Below are positions 52,139-64,000 of a DNA stretch of 64,000 nucleotides, piece after piece. This DNA is from Paragordius varius (lineage: Eukaryota; Animalia; Nematomorpha): NCBI GenBank assembly GCA_964247055.1, contig OZ176057.1, forward strand, positions 6,138,001-6,202,000, given 5' to 3'. The notes under the pieces were generated by a model. That model had not been told where the DNA came from. It did no database searches and saw nothing but the letters and a program-made list of their open reading frames with translations. Position 1 is the first letter of the stretch. The number at the start of each line of letters is the position of its first letter. The translations under genes were made by a program, and so were the position numbers.

Positions 52139-53059
52139 AAAAATTGGTTAAAGGTTGTAAATTTCAAAAATCGGTTAAAATTTCCTTAAAATTTGTTAAA
52201 AATCGGTTAAAGTTTTCTTAAAATTTGCTAAAAATTGGTTAAAGTTACCTTAAAATTTGCTAAAAATCGGTTAAAATTTCCTTAAAATTTGCTAAAAATT
52301 GGTTAAAGTTACCTTAAAATTTGCTAAAAATCGGTTAAAGTATCCTTAAAATTTGCTAAAAATCCGTTAAAGTTTTCTTAAAATTTGCTAAAAATCCATT
52401 AAACTTTTCTTAAAATTTGCTAAAAATCGATTAAAGTTTCCTTAAAATTTGCTAAAAATCGATTAAAGTTTCCTTAAAATTTGCTAATCGGTTAAAGTTT
52501 CCTTAAAATTTGCTAATCGGTTAAAGTTTCCTTAAAATTTGCTAAAAATCGGTTAAAGTTTTCTTAAAATTTGCTAAAAATCGGTTAAAGTTTCCTTAAA
52601 ATTTGCTAAAAATCGGTTAAAGTTTCTTAAAATTTGCTAATCGGTTAAAGTTTTCTTAAAATTTGCTAAAAATCGGTTAAAGTTTCCTTAAAATTTGCTA
52701 AAAATCGGTTAAACATTTCTAAAATCTGCTAATAATCGGTTAAAGTTTCCTTAAAATTTGCTAATCGGTTAAAGTTTCCTTAAAATTTGCTAATCGGTTA
52801 AAGTTTCCTTAAAATTTGCTAAAAATCGGTTAAAGTTTTCTTAAAATTTGCTAAAAATCGGTTAAAATTTGTCTTAAAATTTGCTAAAAATCGGTTAAAG
52901 TTTCCTTAAAATTTGCTAAAAATCGGTTAAAGTTTCCTTAAAATTTGCTAATCGGTTAAAGTTTCCTTAAAATTTGCTAAAAATCGGTTAAAGTTGCCTT
53001 AATATTTGTTAAAAATCGATTAAACTTTTGTTAATATTTGCTAAAAATTTCCTTAAAAT
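52139..53059. repeat. 32/29-bp minisatellite, inverted copy
   Basis: Reverse complement of 12700-13620. Confidence 0.95.
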
Positions 53060-53586
53060 CAGTTAAAATATACTTATAATCTGCTAAAAATATACTTATA
53101 ATTAGGTAAAAATTAGTTAAAAATATGCCTATAAATCCAAATGTTGTAGATAATAATAATTGCCTAAAAATCGCAAGTTTTTTGAAAAATGCTTAAATTG
53201 TATATATGACTTCACTCAATTCTACAAAATTGCTTAATAAAATGTCCGCAAATCGGTTTTTTAAATATTTAAACACAAAACATATCATTCATTCTTAAAT
53301 AGCGTTTTTTTGAATTATTATATTGTAATTAATCGTTTATATTTATCAATTTATATATTTATTTTTTTAGAATGTATTGCCTCAATCAATTATTTGCGGA
53401 AAAACTGAAACGAATCATAAATGAATAGATTTTAACTTGATATTTCGGAATTCGGTAATTTTTTTACTGTTTTATAATTCAAATAAGTAATTTATTATTA
53501 TAGTTATATTAAACAGAAATTTTATTTTAAAATATATATTTAACATTATTGAAACCGTTGAATTTTTTAAAATAATTTTAAAAGAT

Positions 53587-54958
53587 TTTTAATCAGTTGT
53601 TTTTATTAATCATTGTTTTAGTAATCATTTGTTTTAATTAATCAGTTGTTTTAATTAATCAGTTGTTTTAATTAATCAGTTGTTTTTATTAATCAGTTGT
53701 TTTTATTAATCAGTTGTTTTTATTAATCAGTTGTTTTTATTAATCAGTTGTTTTTATTAATCAGTTGTTTTAAATTGTTTTAAATAATCATTTGTTTTTA
53801 TTAATCAGTTGTTTTAATTAATCAGTTGTTTTAATTAATCAGTTATTTTTATTAATCAGTTGTTATTAATCATTTATTTTATTAACAGTTATTTTTATTC
53901 AACTAGTTATTTTAATTATTCAATTGTTTTTATTAATCAGTTTTAATTAAACAGTTGTTTTTATTAATCAGTTGTTTTTATTCAACTAGTTATTTTAATT
54001 ATTCATTTGTTTTGATTAATCAGTTGTTTTTATTAATCAGTTGTTTAAATTAATCAGTTGTTTAAATTAATCAGTTGTTTTAATTAATCAGTTGTTTTAA
54101 TTAATCAGTTGTTTTAATTAATCAGTTGTTTTAATTAATCAGTTGTTTTAATTAATCAGTTGTTTTAATTAATCAGTTGTTTTTATTAAGCAGTTGTTTT
54201 TATTAATCAGTTGTTTTTATTAATCAGTTGTTTTTATTAATCAGTTGTTTTTATTAATCAGTTGTTTTTATTAATCAGTTGTGTTTATTAATCAGTTGTG
54301 TTTATTAATCAGTTGTTTTTATTAATCAGTTGTTTTTATTAATCAGTTGTTTTTATTAATCAGTTGTTTTTATTAATCAGTTGTTTTTATTAATCAGTTG
54401 TTTTTAATTACAATTGTTTTAATTAATGAGTTGTTTTTATTAATCAGTTGTTTTTATTAATCAGTTGTTTTTATTAATCAGTTGTTTTTATTAATCAGTT
54501 GTGTTTATTAATCATTTGTTTTTATTAATCAGTTGTTTTTATTAATCAGTTGTTTTTATTAATCAGTTGTTTTAATTAATTAGTTGATTTTATTAATCAG
54601 TTGTTTTATTAATCAGTTGATTTTATTAATCAGTTGATTTTATTAATCAGTTGATTTTATTAATCAGTTGATTTTATTAATCAGTTGATTTTATTAATCA
54701 GTTGTATTAATCAGTTGTTTTTATTAATCATTTGTTTTTATTAATCATTTGTTTTTATAAATCAGTTATTTTTATAAATCAGTTGTTTTTATAAATGAGT
54801 TGTTTTTATAAATGAGTTGTTTTTATAAATGAGTTGTTTTTATAAATCAGTTGTTTTTATAAATCAGTTGTTTTTATAAATCAGTTGTTTTTATAAATCA
54901 GTTGTTTTTATAAATCAGTTGTTTTTATTAATCAGTTCTTATAATCAGTTTTTTTTAT
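53587..54958. repeat. 17-bp minisatellite, inverted copy
   Basis: Reverse complement of 10801-12172. Confidence 0.96.
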
Positions 54959-57900
54959 TATGTTGATTATAATTATAAGTTTATCTAAAAACCGCCAAAA
55001 CTATCTAAAAAGTTATATTAAAAACCGAATTAAAAAACCGCTAAAACTCTCTTTAAAACCGCTAAAACATCCTAAAAATGGCTAAAATTTTTAAAATATC
55101 GCTAAAATTCCTTTTAACTCAAAATAATGCGTTTAATTCTCTTAAAATCGCTAAAATTTCCTAAAAACCGCTAAAATTTTATAAAAACCGCTAAAACCTT
55201 ATAAAAACCGCTAAAACCTTATAAAAACCGCTAAAACCTTATAAAAACCGCTAAAACCTTATAAAAACCGCTAAAATTCCTTTTAAATCAAAAAAGTTTG
55301 AAATTCTCTAAAAATTGCTAAAATTTCTTAAAAACCTCTAAAACTTTCTAAAAACCGCTAAAATTCCTTTTAAATAAAAAATGCGTTTGAAATTCTCTAA
55401 AAACCGCTAAAATTTTCTAAAACCGCTTAAACTTTCTAAAAACGCTCCAACCAGCTAAAAGTCTACTTCTTTAGAAATATTCTAAAAACCGGTTACAATT
55501 TAATAACCGGATAACAATGTAATGATAAAACTTCCTTAAAACCGCTAAAACTTTCTTAAAATGCTAAAATTTTTAAAATATAGCTAAAATTCCTTTTAAA
55601 TCAAACAAATGCGCTTGAAATTCTCTTAAAATTGCTAAAAAATTTAAAATCCCTAAAAGTTTTCTAAAAACCACTAAAGCTCTCTAAAAACTTTCAATAT
55701 TGTTTAAAAAGCGTAAATATTCTTTTTAAATCAAAAATGCGCTGAAATTCTTTAAAAAATGGCAAACTTTTTTAAAACCGCAAAATTGTTTTTCTGCAAA
55801 CATATGCCACCTTTTTTTTTATAAATTTTATTATTTTAACCAATTAGCTAGCCATTTTAAATAGCATTTTTATAATATTAATCTCAATATATTGTAACAT
55901 ACTATTTTTTTTGTTTAGAATGTGTGATGTCTTACAGAAGTACGCAGGACTGACTTCAACAAAACTGATGTAGAAATACCTGGAATGTTTTGGGAATTGG
56001 GTAATTATTATTTTATATTTTGTTGATAAATTTTGAATATTATTTAAGTATTTTTGTTAATCCAATTGTTTTGTTTTATAAATTCTGTATAAATCCATAT
56101 TATCATAATCAACTTTTTTTATGTAATTAGCATTTATCACCTGTTTATTAGTTGTTTTTAATCAGTTTGTAATAATTGGTTTTATCTTACAGTTGTTTTC
56201 AATTGGTTAACTTGAGATATTCTAAAGATAGTTGAAATTTTTTTAAAAAGAATATGTAGAGTATGTAGAATATAAATTTTCTATCGTTTGTAAATTTTTT
56301 TTATTTATTATTGTAACATAATATTTAATCCTTAATTATTACATTTTTCTTTAATTTACTGTAGAATGTGTTGTTTATGTAATCAGCAGCCCGAAACGTA
56401 AACGAAGTCTATTGAAAAAGCGTAATTGAATATTATGGATGAACTTGGTAATTAATTATATTTAGATTAAATTTTAGAACAGATTTTTTTACTAGTTTTT
56501 CAACTTTACATTTTTTTCTCAAAATAACTACTTTTTTTAATAAAATTGATGAGTCGATTTTAATGCTCTTTAATTAAAGAATTTAATTTTATTTTTACGT
56601 TTGACAAAGATTACCTGTAGTAATCGAAATATTATAATAAATTTATATAATTTTTGCTGAATTATTGCATATATAATAATATAATTGATTTAATTAATCA
56701 TTTTTTTAATAAATTAACTATTTATAATAAATTTTTGATTTAAAACAAATTAGTTATTTTTATTAAGATATATAATATTGTTCCTTTAATTTTTACCGCA
56801 AAATAACAAAATATCACTTTTTTATAACAAACTTTATAAATTTTTTTAAATAACCATTTTTCTTGATCAGCTGTTTTTTGAATTTGATACCTATAATTAT
56901 TTAATAGTTTCAAGATATTTATTTTTATGTGATTATTTGTTTTGACTTTATATTTTATTTTATTTTTAGGAAACAATATAGTATCCACTTCATTGCTGCC
57001 ATACCAATTAAACTATTTACGTATATATTTTTAGTTACTTTTTACGTTATTAATAACCAATTGTATAAATATTTTTTATTTTTTCCTTATTATTCAGATA
57101 AATCTGTTGTATTAATCAGTTGTTTTAATTAATCAGTTGTTTTAATTAATAAGTTTTATTATTTGTGTTTATTAATTATTTGTATTTAAATGATTATTTA
57201 TCATTAATCAGTTCTTCAGTTGTTTTTATTTATCGTTTGTTTTAATTTATCGTTTGTTTATATCAATCAGTTGTTTTTATAAATCAGTTGTTTTAATAAA
57301 TCTGTTGTTTTTAATTATTATTTGTTTTTAAGAATCAGATGTTTTAATTAATCAGGTTTAAAGCACTTTAAGGGTTTCGAGTTTGTGGGCTAGGGTTAGG
57401 GTGAGGGATTGGAGCGCATTTCTATTCTATAAATTTATATAACCTTTTTTTTGACTTTTCTCTTCTAACAAAAAAATGCTCTCTTGATTATATTTGAATA
57501 AAATTTTTAGAAAACTCTTTTTTAACTACATTTATGGTTTCTAGTTTTAAGTTAGGGTCAGGTTCTTAAAGAAGTCCGCAAATTAATTTATATATTGGTT
57601 GTTTGAGGTATTTACGCAAAAACCTCTGACATAGACAGCTGATTTCTTTGAAACTTTTTATTTTTTAGGATAAATTTCATACAATTCTTTTTATTAGGAT
57701 TAAAGTATCACGTGTTTTTGGTGTAATATGAGTCGTTTAAGCTGGTTTAAAATTTAAATTTACAAAACGTCAATGTTAAACTCTAACCTATTACCGCTAA
57801 TACTTGTGAGTAAATCTTTATCTCATTTCTTATGACCCTTTAAAGCTGTTATTATGGTTTTTGAGCAAAATTTATTGATTTAGGTTTAAAGAACTATAAG

Positions 57901-60473
57901 GTTTTTCGAGTTTCTGGGCTAGGGTTAGGGTGAGGGGTTGGAGTTGGTTCATTTTCTTAAAGAAGTCCGCAGGACTTCCTCGGTTTCTTTTTAAATTAAA
58001 TCTTTGTCTCAGAATTTTGCAGATTGGTTTAAATGATATTCATAATTATAAAATAGGGAGCACATTATTCTCATTTTTTATAATTTCTGACCTATTTTTT
58101 TTGTTAATTATTTTATCTATAATAATAAAAGACTCTATTTTGTTTGAAAACCAGAGTTTTTTTTAACAGATTATATTACTGATATCTTTATTCAAATACA
58201 GCTGGTTTTAAAAACCTCAATATTTATCTCTAAAACCTATTTTGAGATTTTAAGTTTATATTTCGGTTTTTGAGTAAAATTTTTATCGATCTCGGTTTAA
58301 ACCACTTTAAGGGTTTTGAGTTTGTGGGCTAGAGTTAGGGAGAGGGATTGGAGTTGGTTCATTTATAAATTTATATAACCTAACTAAATCTCTGAATTTC
58401 CTTTTTTTAATGATAGCCATTACTTTGAAATAGGGAGCAGGTCATTTTCTATTTTTTCTGACTTTTCTCTTCTCACAAAAATAGCCTCTCTTTATTAAGG
58501 TTTTTGATTTTTTTAAAAAACTCTTTTTAACTACATTTAGGGTTTCGAGGTTTAAGTTAGGGTAAAGTTCTTAAAAAAGTCGGTAAATTTATTAATGTAT
58601 TGGTTGTTTCAGGTTTTAAGTTCGAACTTTATCACAAACATTTTTAACGCTAATTTTTCCGCTATTATCGCAAAAACCTCTGACATAAACAGCTAATTTC
58701 TTTAAAACTTTAAATTTTTTAGGATAAATTTCATATAATTCTTTTGTTATTTAGGATTAAAGTATTAATAATATATGAAATTAATTAAAATGATGAATTG
58801 ACCCAAAATCATGAGAGCTAACTAGACAAGATACTATATCAAAGAAAATGAATATTTTTTATAAATAAATAAAAACAATTTTATAGATTCTGAAACTATC
58901 TAAATAATCTCAACAACGATAAATGAATATTCAAAAATGATACAAAAACTGGATATAACAAATTGACAGAAAATCAAGAATAACTCAAGACTAGACAAGA
59001 ATGATATTTTTAATATTAAATAATAATATTTGTTAATAAATAATCCTGATTTTATTATGATTTTTTGATTAAAAAAAAATTAAAAAATATAAATAAATAT
59101 ATATAACCCCCCCCCCCCCCCCCAAAGGGCGAGAAAAAAAATTAAAAAATATTCTAAGTCCAAAATTTTATTTTGAGCGTCCGGGAGTAAGAGTGCTCAA
59201 AATACAATTTTGGACTTGCGGGCCTGCAACAAACTCTCATTATACTTGTGGAGAGTTTTTGCGCCAACTCTCTAATGGGAGAAATAAATGCTCCTTAACA
59301 CAAGTAAGGAAAAAAACTCTTTCAAACGAGCTCATTTTCCCCACCCTTGTAAAGGAGGATTTATTCCTCCCATTAGAGAGTCATTTGGCCCAAAAACTCT
59401 CCACAAGTATAATGAGAGTTTGTTGTGCAATCATCCCCAATGAGATACTTGAGTGCGTCTTGCCATCCATCAGCTCCAGGCACGATTTGCCTTCTCCCCA
59501 TCTGGACATTCCCAAGAGCTTCATCCCAACAGATCTCTCCTCCCCAATGTGCCAAAGTCCATCAACACCTAAAAATTAAGATTACCTCGCAATAAGTAGG
59601 TTCCTCTTCCAGTGTCGCTCCATCAATCGTCAAGACCCAAATCGCCAGCATTTGATGTGTCTAGGGCTTCTAGATTCCCCAATATACGCTTTTCTAGCAG
59701 AGTTTCCATTACACCTAAATGATAGATTTACCTCATAAAAGATCCCTTCAGTTCGTTCCTTGATTCGCGTAACAATCCTTGGTTGCTTGTCTTGAATCAC
59801 GTCCCCATCCCTGGTTGCCATTGGAGAAGAAGGCCTAAAGCCTTCAAATTGGATTTTTCAATCAGCATTGACATATAATTTTTTTTCTGATTGCAATCAT
59901 AGGTGCTCAAACCACTCAATAAATCTATATATGTACCCTTCTGTTCTAAATTCCAAATTACATAAACTAACAATTTTGTGAACACTTAAGCTTGTCCTTA
60001 CATCTTCTTTTTAACTAATTTTGATTTTCATTATTAGCTCAATTCTATGTTATATGCTCTCTTTATCTATTAAATCAGCGGAATTGGTTGGAATATGCCA
60101 ATATATTTTATATGGGGTGCTATATAATTAATGTATCGCCTGCATATATAGGATATATTAAATTTTGCACATGGAATGCACAAATTCATTTGATTCATCT
60201 GATTATCACTACGATTATACCGATGTCATTGTCAATTCAAAGTTATTCCACATTATCAAATACATAATAAATGGATATCATGTCATTTTACTTCAAAATA
60301 TTCCTAAGATGTGGGATATATAATTTGGGAACACCAATTACGCAAAAATATTGTTGTGCAAATCGCTGATTTTGACTTACAAACTTGCACAGTATATTAA
60401 ATTATAAATTTAATTTAGGTTGACGTGTACATAGATGCTGGAAGACGATACGATTTATCAAGGGAGATATTAA

Positions 60474-62923
60474 CAGTTCTACACTTGTATTAACCAAAGT
60501 GTTTCTATTGATCGATTAAGGGATCATACCATAGACTCATCACTAACTGAAAATAGTAATGATATTCTCAGTAATAATAAAAAAGATCAGACGCCTTTTA
60601 TACAGCACCCTACACTGTGTCGAGATATAGGTTGGCAATTGGTAAACCAAAGCCCCGGCAATAAACTAAAACTATTTTTTTTCATAGTTCTTTTATTATT
60701 CTACAAAGCAGTGTAAAATTGGATATAATGTATGGTATATTTACCGTAAAAATTAAAATTATAAAAGAGATAATATTTTTAAAAACCAACCATACTTTTT
60801 GATTCTTGATTTATATAAATATAACTCATGGTTTTATACTGCAAAGTTGAAATTCATAAGTATATCGGTAAAACAATCAATTATATATTTAACAATTGTA
60901 GTTTTATAATTAAAAATTAAGGTTTAAAAAAGTATGTTGTTGTGTTTTAAAAAATATTGGCCTTTATATTTTAAAGTTTTATCCGTATAAATTCAATTTT
61001 ACTGTAATTTAAACAATATTTTTCTATTTTTAGAAAAGAGCAGTACCTGTGACATTTAATACATAGTATTAATGGATAATTATTTTAATTAAAAGTGAAA
61101 CTGTTTTATTATTAAACTTAATCATTGGAGATAAAACCAAAAAAGCAACACTTTTTTTGAAACCGCAATCAAAAACAGTTTTAATTACGACCTCTCCTTT
61201 TTTATCACATAAATATAAGAAGATTGATTTAAAACGATTTGTTTAATATTATATCCAAACTTAAAACCTTAATATTTATGCCTTTTTTCATCTTGTTTTA
61301 AAACTTTTTATTTGCCTTAAATGTTAGGTTTAAACCGAGAATATCTGACGCGGGAATTTGAATTATCGGATGTAGATGATTTGCCTTATACACCGTTAAC
61401 GTATGGAAACGGACCTGGCGGGCTAAACACTAAAATATATAACCAAAGGCCCGATGTTAGAAACACAAAAATTGGTTTTTTACATCTATGAAGTTGTTTT
61501 GTAACTGCCATAATAATACAACAATCTTTATTTCAATTAATTTGAAATTAAAATTTTTAATTGTAAGTTATTAAGACAACACTTAAAAAGTGAAAAACAC
61601 ATATGTTTCTAATAAACAAAACAATACATTATTTTTATGTTTATATTATAACCTTAATAAAATTAAAAGGAATGGAACGTAATACAGATATCTCTTTCTA
61701 TTTCCTTAAAAAACTAATGGTTAGAAAAGTATGGTTAAAAAATATTTGTTTAATAACTCCAATTTTTCCTGTCACAATTTTGATAAAATTACTATTTCAA
61801 AGTAAAAACTAAAAGAGTTGATTTAATATGGTTGTCTTTTTGTAAAACAAAGTATCAGTTGGTTTTTCAAAATAATGGAAATTATTTAAAACAGGAATTT
61901 TAATAGCTAATAATCTTTGAACGTAAAAAGATCACTAAATTCAAATTTTCACCAAAATATATGCCAAATTTTACTTTGTAGGAATATAAATTTTATTAAA
62001 TTTAGTATTAATAAATTTTGTGTTAATTAGACGATCCCGATTATCAAGCTCAAGCGGCTATACCTTTAAGTGAGGAAAGTCATGGAGGCGAAGATGTGCC
62101 TGTATATGCAATAGGTATTTATAAAACAAAATTTTTATTTAATCATTTTTATATTTATAAAAGTGTTTTAGGAAAAAAATAAAATAATTTTTATTAAAAA
62201 AATTTTAAAACTTATTTAGATCGTTGAGTTACATGTATATAAAGCGAAAATTGAAATTATGCGGGTAAAAGGTAAAAATGTAATGACAATTAATTGAAAA
62301 ACACCATACTTTTTAACATTAGTTTAGCCTATAAAAATAATTTATGTAAAAAATCTTTATCATTTAAATATAACTTTTTTTTCATTTTAAACAATCAGTT
62401 TTACAAAAAAGATATTGTTATCGTTCAAAAAAATATTGTCTTTGTTGCTAAATAGCATAGACAGCAAAGGGCAGTATTATTGCCTTATAGTTATTTTTTT
62501 ACTTTTTACTATCAAATAATTCTTTGCTGCATATGCTATTTGGCAATAATTAATAGCTCTTCAGCAATATATATACTTAATCATAGTGTATTTAAGTTTG
62601 GTCTGCTGTTTAATTTAAATTTCATAATGTCTGTCGCTGTTTACTAAGGGACTACCTTATTTGTTTTTTGCATTTTTAAACATTGATATTTCAAAAAAAA
62701 AACAAAATTAAAAAGTATGGTTGTCTTTTAAAAAAAGAAAAACATATTTAGGTTTTGTCCGTATAATTTAAATTTTTACTGTACTTATATTTGAATACGA
62801 TATTGCTTAGGACGGAATGCTCATTTGTTTAGTGGAACGTTTGAACAACATTACATAAATCACGCCATGTCGTATGCCAGCTGTGTTGGTCCTTACATCC
62901 ACGAAAAACATTGCTCAAATTAA
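60474..62923 (+). pseudogene. ALP: Diverged alkaline phosphatase paralog: an upstream CRDIGWQLVNQSPGNKLK segment plus the last three exons (61328-61474, 62031-62114, 62811-62923); middle exons missing
   Basis: The last three exons differ from U at only 7 positions. 60618-60671 translates to CRDIGWQLVNQSPGNKLK, resembling ALP CKDIAxQL...(VIMGGG). No LVEG, RIDH or TADHSH exon is seen in 60672-61327. Confidence 0.75.
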
Positions 62924-63388
62924 TTTATTTTATTCTTTTTTTATAATGTTTTATTTTTTTCCAAACACCCCAAAATTATAAATTTCTTAGCTTTTTTGTG
63001 CTCTATAGTTTATATAAATCAATATATCATTTATTAAAATATTATGAATAAATTGCAAAAGTGTTATATTTGGGTAACAATTGTAGTTAATAATTACATT
63101 CTATTCTTTGGCAAAAGAATTTTAGTGTCCAGTTTAAATATAATATAAGATCATAGAATATTGTAAAATATAATTTGATACTCAAATAGCTGTTTAATAT
63201 AGCAAAACAATAAAGTCTTAAAGGATTGCGTAATCTTAACCAATAAAACATAAGTTTACAAATATCATATGCGCATGAAATGGCCTTTATTTTACATTGA
63301 TAGATAAATGCTTTAAGTAAACGCTTAAAAATTACAAGTTCCAATCAAATCTTAAGGACTAGACACGTCCTAAAAACAAAGTTAACCA

Positions 63389-63624
63389 CTATTTTTTGCC
63401 CTTTTTCTTATTATCAGGCGATGATCCTTTATCTTTTTTCTTTTGTTTGTCTTTGGAATCACTTGCGGGTGCCGGAGATTGGGATTCATCCCGTTTTCCA
63501 CTTTTAGAGGACTTATCTTTTTTGGTGCCAGACGAGGATTTGGTCAAATCTTTCGTTTTACTTGATTTTTTGTCTGTCCCTCCTGTAATTTTGACGCCAC
63601 TTTCTTTTTTCTTGGCTTTTTTGT
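63389..63624 (-). CDS. Last exon of the diverged Lys/Ser-rich paralog
   Basis: taatag|AC acceptor. Reads DKKAKKKESGVKITGGTDKKSS...GSSPDNKKKGKK*; all indels relative to U are in-frame. Confidence 0.8.
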
Positions 63625-63765
63625 CTATTAAACAGGTGATTAAATACATGGTTTATATAATTTTTTAATCTTAAAAAAAATATAACTGTATGTAATCAAC
63701 ACATTGGACCAAAAAATAGAATTAAAAAAAATTTTTTTAACTATCTAAAGAAAATTTCTTTGGAC

Positions 63766-63850
63766 GAGGTGTGTCAACATAAATGGCTCCTTTAGCCCGA
63801 ATTTTTGGATAGAAAATTCAAACGGGCCGCATTCACAAAATATGTGGCAT
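63766..63850. mobile_element. Possible hAT-type relic
   Basis: gAGGTGTGTCAAC followed by CGGGCCGCATT (the reverse complement of the motif at 14058-14068). Confidence 0.3.
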
Positions 63851-64000
63851 TAAAAAATATTTTACTTTAAACATAAACTGTAACGTATTTTAACATTTAA
63901 TAGTTCATTGCCGAATTTCGGAAAGATTTTAGTCAGATTGTTTAAGAAAATCAATGTACTTTGATTTCGTAAAATTTTTTATTTTAAATTTCAGGGCAGT

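Larger units (their letters stand above)
39922..59561 (-). repeat. Inverted copy of the unit (U6444-1, then U19393-6201)
   Basis: Paired coordinates sum to 46366, then 65759 (65762 beyond the longer poly-C). The first mismatch to U is at 59562. Confidence 0.96.
59562..63670 (-). repeat. Diverged paralog of U~1416-6200 (older segmental duplicate)
   Basis: Collinear with the GC-rich relic, three ALP exons and the Lys-rich exon, with many substitutions and indels in non-coding parts. Confidence 0.92.

Noticed and set aside
46366-59330. Missing N-terminal ALP exons in the spacer
   Set aside because: I scanned the ALP-sense strand for GDG(M), DSA and (T)HATP coding motifs and found none. Very short or divergent exons cannot be excluded without tBLASTn.
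1-64000. Autonomous transposon, virus, organelle insert, rRNA or tRNA
   Set aside because: No transposase, RT, Rep/helicase, polB, capsid, mitochondrial or structural-RNA signature was recognised by eye. A profile search was not possible.

Overview
Very AT-rich eukaryotic, apparently animal, DNA with spliceosomal GT-AG introns. I found no prokaryotic genes, rRNA, tRNA or CRISPR. Almost the whole window is one 19,393-bp unit (U; U1-19393 = window 1-19393) repeated almost base-for-base. Layout: 1-19393 (U1-19393); 19394-20128 (U1-735); N-gap; 20330-39721 (U4148-19393 then U1-4146, a circular permutation of one unit minus 1 bp); N-gap; 39922-59561 inverted (U6444-1 then U19393-6201). From 59562 to about 63670 there is an older, diverged paralog of U~1416-6200. 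The unit carries: (i) the five 3' exons of an alkaline phosphatase with no 5' half and no GPI tail; (ii) a convergent gene ending in a Lys/Ser-rich exon pair; (iii) a GC-richer relic segment ending in a ~200-bp foldback, a second hairpin and a G14 tract; (iv) three adjacent minisatellite arrays (~20, 17 and 32/29 bp); (v) a dispersed repeat with a telomere-variant G-quadruplex motif next to hairpins; (vi) MITE- and hAT-like relics. Copy number and orientation may be partly assembly or scaffolding artefacts. All alignments were done by eye.
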